From assembly GCF_963921235.1 (NCBI RefSeq), contig NC_086108.1, positions 99,388,001 to 99,452,000 of the forward strand: 64,000 nt of DNA, read 5' to 3'. The first letter of the stretch is position 1. Every line of letters begins with the position of its first letter. Source of the DNA: Mobula hypostoma. Lineage: Eukaryota. Below the pieces are notes generated by a model. That model had not been told where the DNA came from. It made no database searches and was given only the letters and a program-made list of their open reading frames with translations. The translations under genes and the position numbers were made by a program. Shown here piece after piece: positions 60,641-64,000 of this stretch.

Positions 60641-63011
60641 GTTTATACAGCACAGAAGCAACAATATTCCCTGGACATGCCTGCCTTTGACAGAGATGCC
60701 CAATTCATGCCATATCCCAATGTTCTCCCATAGCCTGGAAATATTTTCCTTCCAGGTAATTATTCCATTTCCTTTACAAAAGAAATGTTGGGGAGTTAAT
60801 GGATCACTTCCACATGGAAACAGGACATTTGGCCCATCGAGTGATCCGATAAGTTCTTGATAGGATGGATATAGGTCAAATGCAAGGCAATGGGACAAGC
60901 TTAGATCAACATCTTGGTCGGCATGGATGTGTTAGGTCAAAGGGCATGTCTCCATGCTGTATGACTCTTAGACAGTTACAAAGTAATTCTGTTAGTTCCA
61001 ATCTTCCAAAGTTATATCTGAGCCCTGGAATTATTTTTCCTACACATCTTTATCTTATTGCATTTTGAAAACTGCAACTGGATTTGTGTGAACCACGGTT
61101 CCAGGCCAAGCATTCTGGTTACGACCACTTGCGGGTTAAAGTTCAAAGTTCAGAGTACTTACAGCCTTAGGATGCATCTCTTTACAGGCATTACTTCATT
61201 ACAGGCTGCCACAGAACAAAGAAACCCAATAGAAACCACTTGAAAACATAGACCATCAACACCCAATGTGCAGAAGAAAAACCAAATCATACGAACAATA
61301 AAAGTTAGTAAATAGAATTCGGAACGGAAGTTCACAAAGGTGAGTCCACAGCCACGAATCTGGTCACAGCTAATCCAGGAGCCTGTTAGTTGCAGGCCAC
61401 AGCCTGAGTCCAGCACAGAGATGAGTAAACCTCATGAGCAGCAAGCTGAATGCTGGCCCGTCCCTCGCCACTGGCTTTGTCAATCCGGCCCGGTGCTTAA
61501 ACTGGCCAAACCATGACTCGATCCCCACTCTCATAGTCAGGCCCTGCCACTTTGATATGCTCTCAGGTTGGGACCTCTCTCCTCGATTCTGCCTGCACTC
61601 GATCTTTCCGATCTGACCCAGCACCTTAATCTGCTAAACATCGACTTGTTCCTCGCTCTCAAGCCCAGGCCCTGCCACTTTGACTTTGCCTCGCCTCGCC
61701 TCGCTTCTGCTGCTTTGAATGGCCTCCAAGTCTGTTCCAGCATTGGCCAAACATATTAGCTCATTTTATGCTCTCGGGCCCAGGCCCAACCACAAGCATC
61801 CTGCATCTTCGAGACTTCAGCTGACATCGCAAAAATGCCATGTTGTGCAGGTGGATCAAAAACTCAATTCCAAAAGTTACCTATTGATCGCAGTGATTGT
61901 TTTTGCAAAAAAGTGTGATTGATAAAGTAGTTAATAGTTCTGCTGCGGCCAGCAAGTCTTCACTGTACTTCACCACTGCCATCTTAAACCAAAAACATAT
62001 GTTTTCCTTACATTCTGTCTCGATCTTTTCCCAATACCTTGGTCCTTGTCCTCTCTTCTCACGGACTACTAATGTCTCAACTCAATGTAAACTTGTCCTG
62101 CTTCTGTGTCAAATCTCTCTTTTCCAGGAAGAACAGGACAGATTCTCCAGATATTCCTTTTAACTGAAACCCTTGATCCTTGGACCTACTCCAGTGACCC
62201 TTTTCTATACTGACCTTTGGGCACAAACATCCTCCCTCAGTGACACAATTTGGCATTTTCCACCATGTTTGCTGATCACAAGAAAGCAGTATCTGTCTTC
62301 AAGCACCCTTACCATCTAGGCAATGCACTTTCCTCACTAGCTTCATTGGGAAGAAGGTATAGAAGCATCAGGTCCAACACCCCCCAGGTTCAGGAACAGT
62401 TTTTACCCAACATCCAAACGGCTGATGAACCAGTGTGGATAAATTCACTCACCTCAGTACCGTATCGATTCCACAACCTATAGACTTATTTTCAGAGTCA
62501 TGTTGAAAATAACTCATGTTCTCTGCATTACTAATTAATTAATTTGTTTTTGTTTTTAATTACTTTAAAGTATTTACACAATTTGTCTTCTTGTTGTTTG
62601 TCAGTCTTTGCTTCTGTGAAGTTTTTCATTGATTATATTGCATTTCTTTGTTGTACTATGAATGCCTGCAGGAAAATAAATCTCAGGGTAGTATACGATG
62701 ATAAACACATACTTTTATAATAAAAAAAATTGGATGGACTTTGAACTTGGAATGCTAGGTTCAATCCTGTAGAAATCCTGAAACACCACCATTAGCACCT
62801 TATCCCTTTGTGCTCGATTACTGCACCCCTGTTCTGGAAGTAGCTTATCCTTAGTTGCTGCAAGAAAAACCATCTGTATACTTCCCAGTGAAATTCCCTC
62901 TGAATGTCCTTTCACTGGAAAGAAGCATTCCCATTCCCAGTGCTAATTGTGTAAAAATGTTACAACATTTCTAAGAGCAGGCAAACCAACTACCTCACAG
63001 CCTTTACATTA

Positions 63012-63146
63012 CAAACAAGAGAAAATCTGCAAATGCTGGAAATCCAAGCAACACACACAAAACCCTTCGGCCCCAGATGTCGGCTGTACTCTTTTCCATA
63101 GATGCTGCCTGACCTGCTGAGTTCCTCCAGCATTTTGTGTGTGTAC
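63012..63146. mobile_element. Short fold-back PLE pseudo-LTR remnant
   Basis: Tail plus 'caacacacacaaaa' inverted against 'ttttgtgtgtgt', with a decayed HHR 3' half. Confidence 0.65.
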
Positions 63147-63664
63147 TTGATAGCATTTTTGCAGGATCCTTTTGTGTAAAATTGGTGGTCTGGTTTTGCT
63201 ATGCTGTTTCCAAGTCTTGGCTTCTTTCTGTCTGTCAGCTCATAAACATAAGCCTTTGTTTATTTTAAGAGTAAATTTTAAAGCAGTAAATTCATGTTTC
63301 TTTATAATATTACTTCACTTCAGAAGGAAAACATCTGTGATATTATTAAAGTATGTTGACTTCTCCCATCCCTAACTAGGCTAATCACTGTCACTGCCTT
63401 TACAGAGTGTTTTGTAGTTTTCTGCTGTTATCAAATATCGTCTTCTGTGTGCTTTGGCTCTGTCTAGATGAAAAAATTCTCAAATGGAGTAGTCAGTTGT
63501 TTATACAACTTTAGTCAGACTCAAGCTAAGAGATAGGCTGAATTTACCACCGAAGTGGATACAAACGTGATCAGTCAGTGGGGATCACAGAATAATACCA
63601 CCACAACTTGAACATTTTGATTTCATAAACTGCAGAAATACTCTCGAAGGCCTCCTTGAAAAAA

Positions 63665-64000
63665 TACATTCAGGGGTCACTTTACTAAGTGCACCTGGTC
63701 ATTGATGCAAATATCTAAACAGCCAATCATGAGGCAGAAACGCAGACAGGATCAAAAGGTTCAATTGTTGTTCAGACCAAACATCAGAATGGGGAAGAAA
63801 TGTGATCTGAGTGACTTTTGACCACGGTGCCAGACAGGGTGGTTTGAGTATCTCAAAAACTGCCGATCTTCTGGGATTTTTACTCACAGCAGTCTCTAGA
63901 GCTTTCAGAGAATGCTGTGAAAAAAGAGGGGAAAAAAAAACACCCAGTGAGTGTCAGTTTTGTGGATGAAATGCATTCTTAAAGAGAGAGGTCAGAGGAG
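63665..64000 (+). mobile_element. Tc1-like transposon 5' part (runs off the window)
   Basis: Homologous to 18761-19310 and 56975-57320. Confidence 0.75.

Overview
Repeat-dense eukaryotic DNA, most likely intronic or intergenic sequence from a cartilaginous fish (ray or shark). That assignment is inferred from HE1-type V-SINEs and the mix of CR1, Rex1/Babar and Penelope-like elements. I can support no host protein-coding gene. The ORFs I can recognise are transposon fragments; most others are antisense shadows of repeats or short chance ORFs. Contents: many nested, decayed CR1 LINEs (APE, RT and ORF1-esterase pieces); Rex1/Babar LINEs, including two young copies in inverted orientation; RTE-clade bipartite non-autonomous elements; tRNA-derived SINEs; Tc1 and mariner remnants; one solo LTR; a 64-bp tandem repeat; and many Penelope-like element (PLE) pieces. 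The most notable signal is in the PLE pseudo-LTR, which carries a minimal type-I hammerhead ribozyme (stem I AGTC/GACT, CTGAYGA core, stem II GGG..CCY, GAAA, palindromic AC/GT stem III, GTC/GTT cleavage triplet). At least 12 copies occur, about 6 with an intact core. Many sit in fold-back (palindromic) insertions with 11-17 bp target-site duplications. One is a perfect 254-bp palindrome (16539-16792) with a ribozyme on each strand. A decayed near-full-length parent PLE (RT plus GIY-YIG) lies at about 45763-49290. Family names come from motif recognition, not database searches, and most repeat boundaries are approximate.
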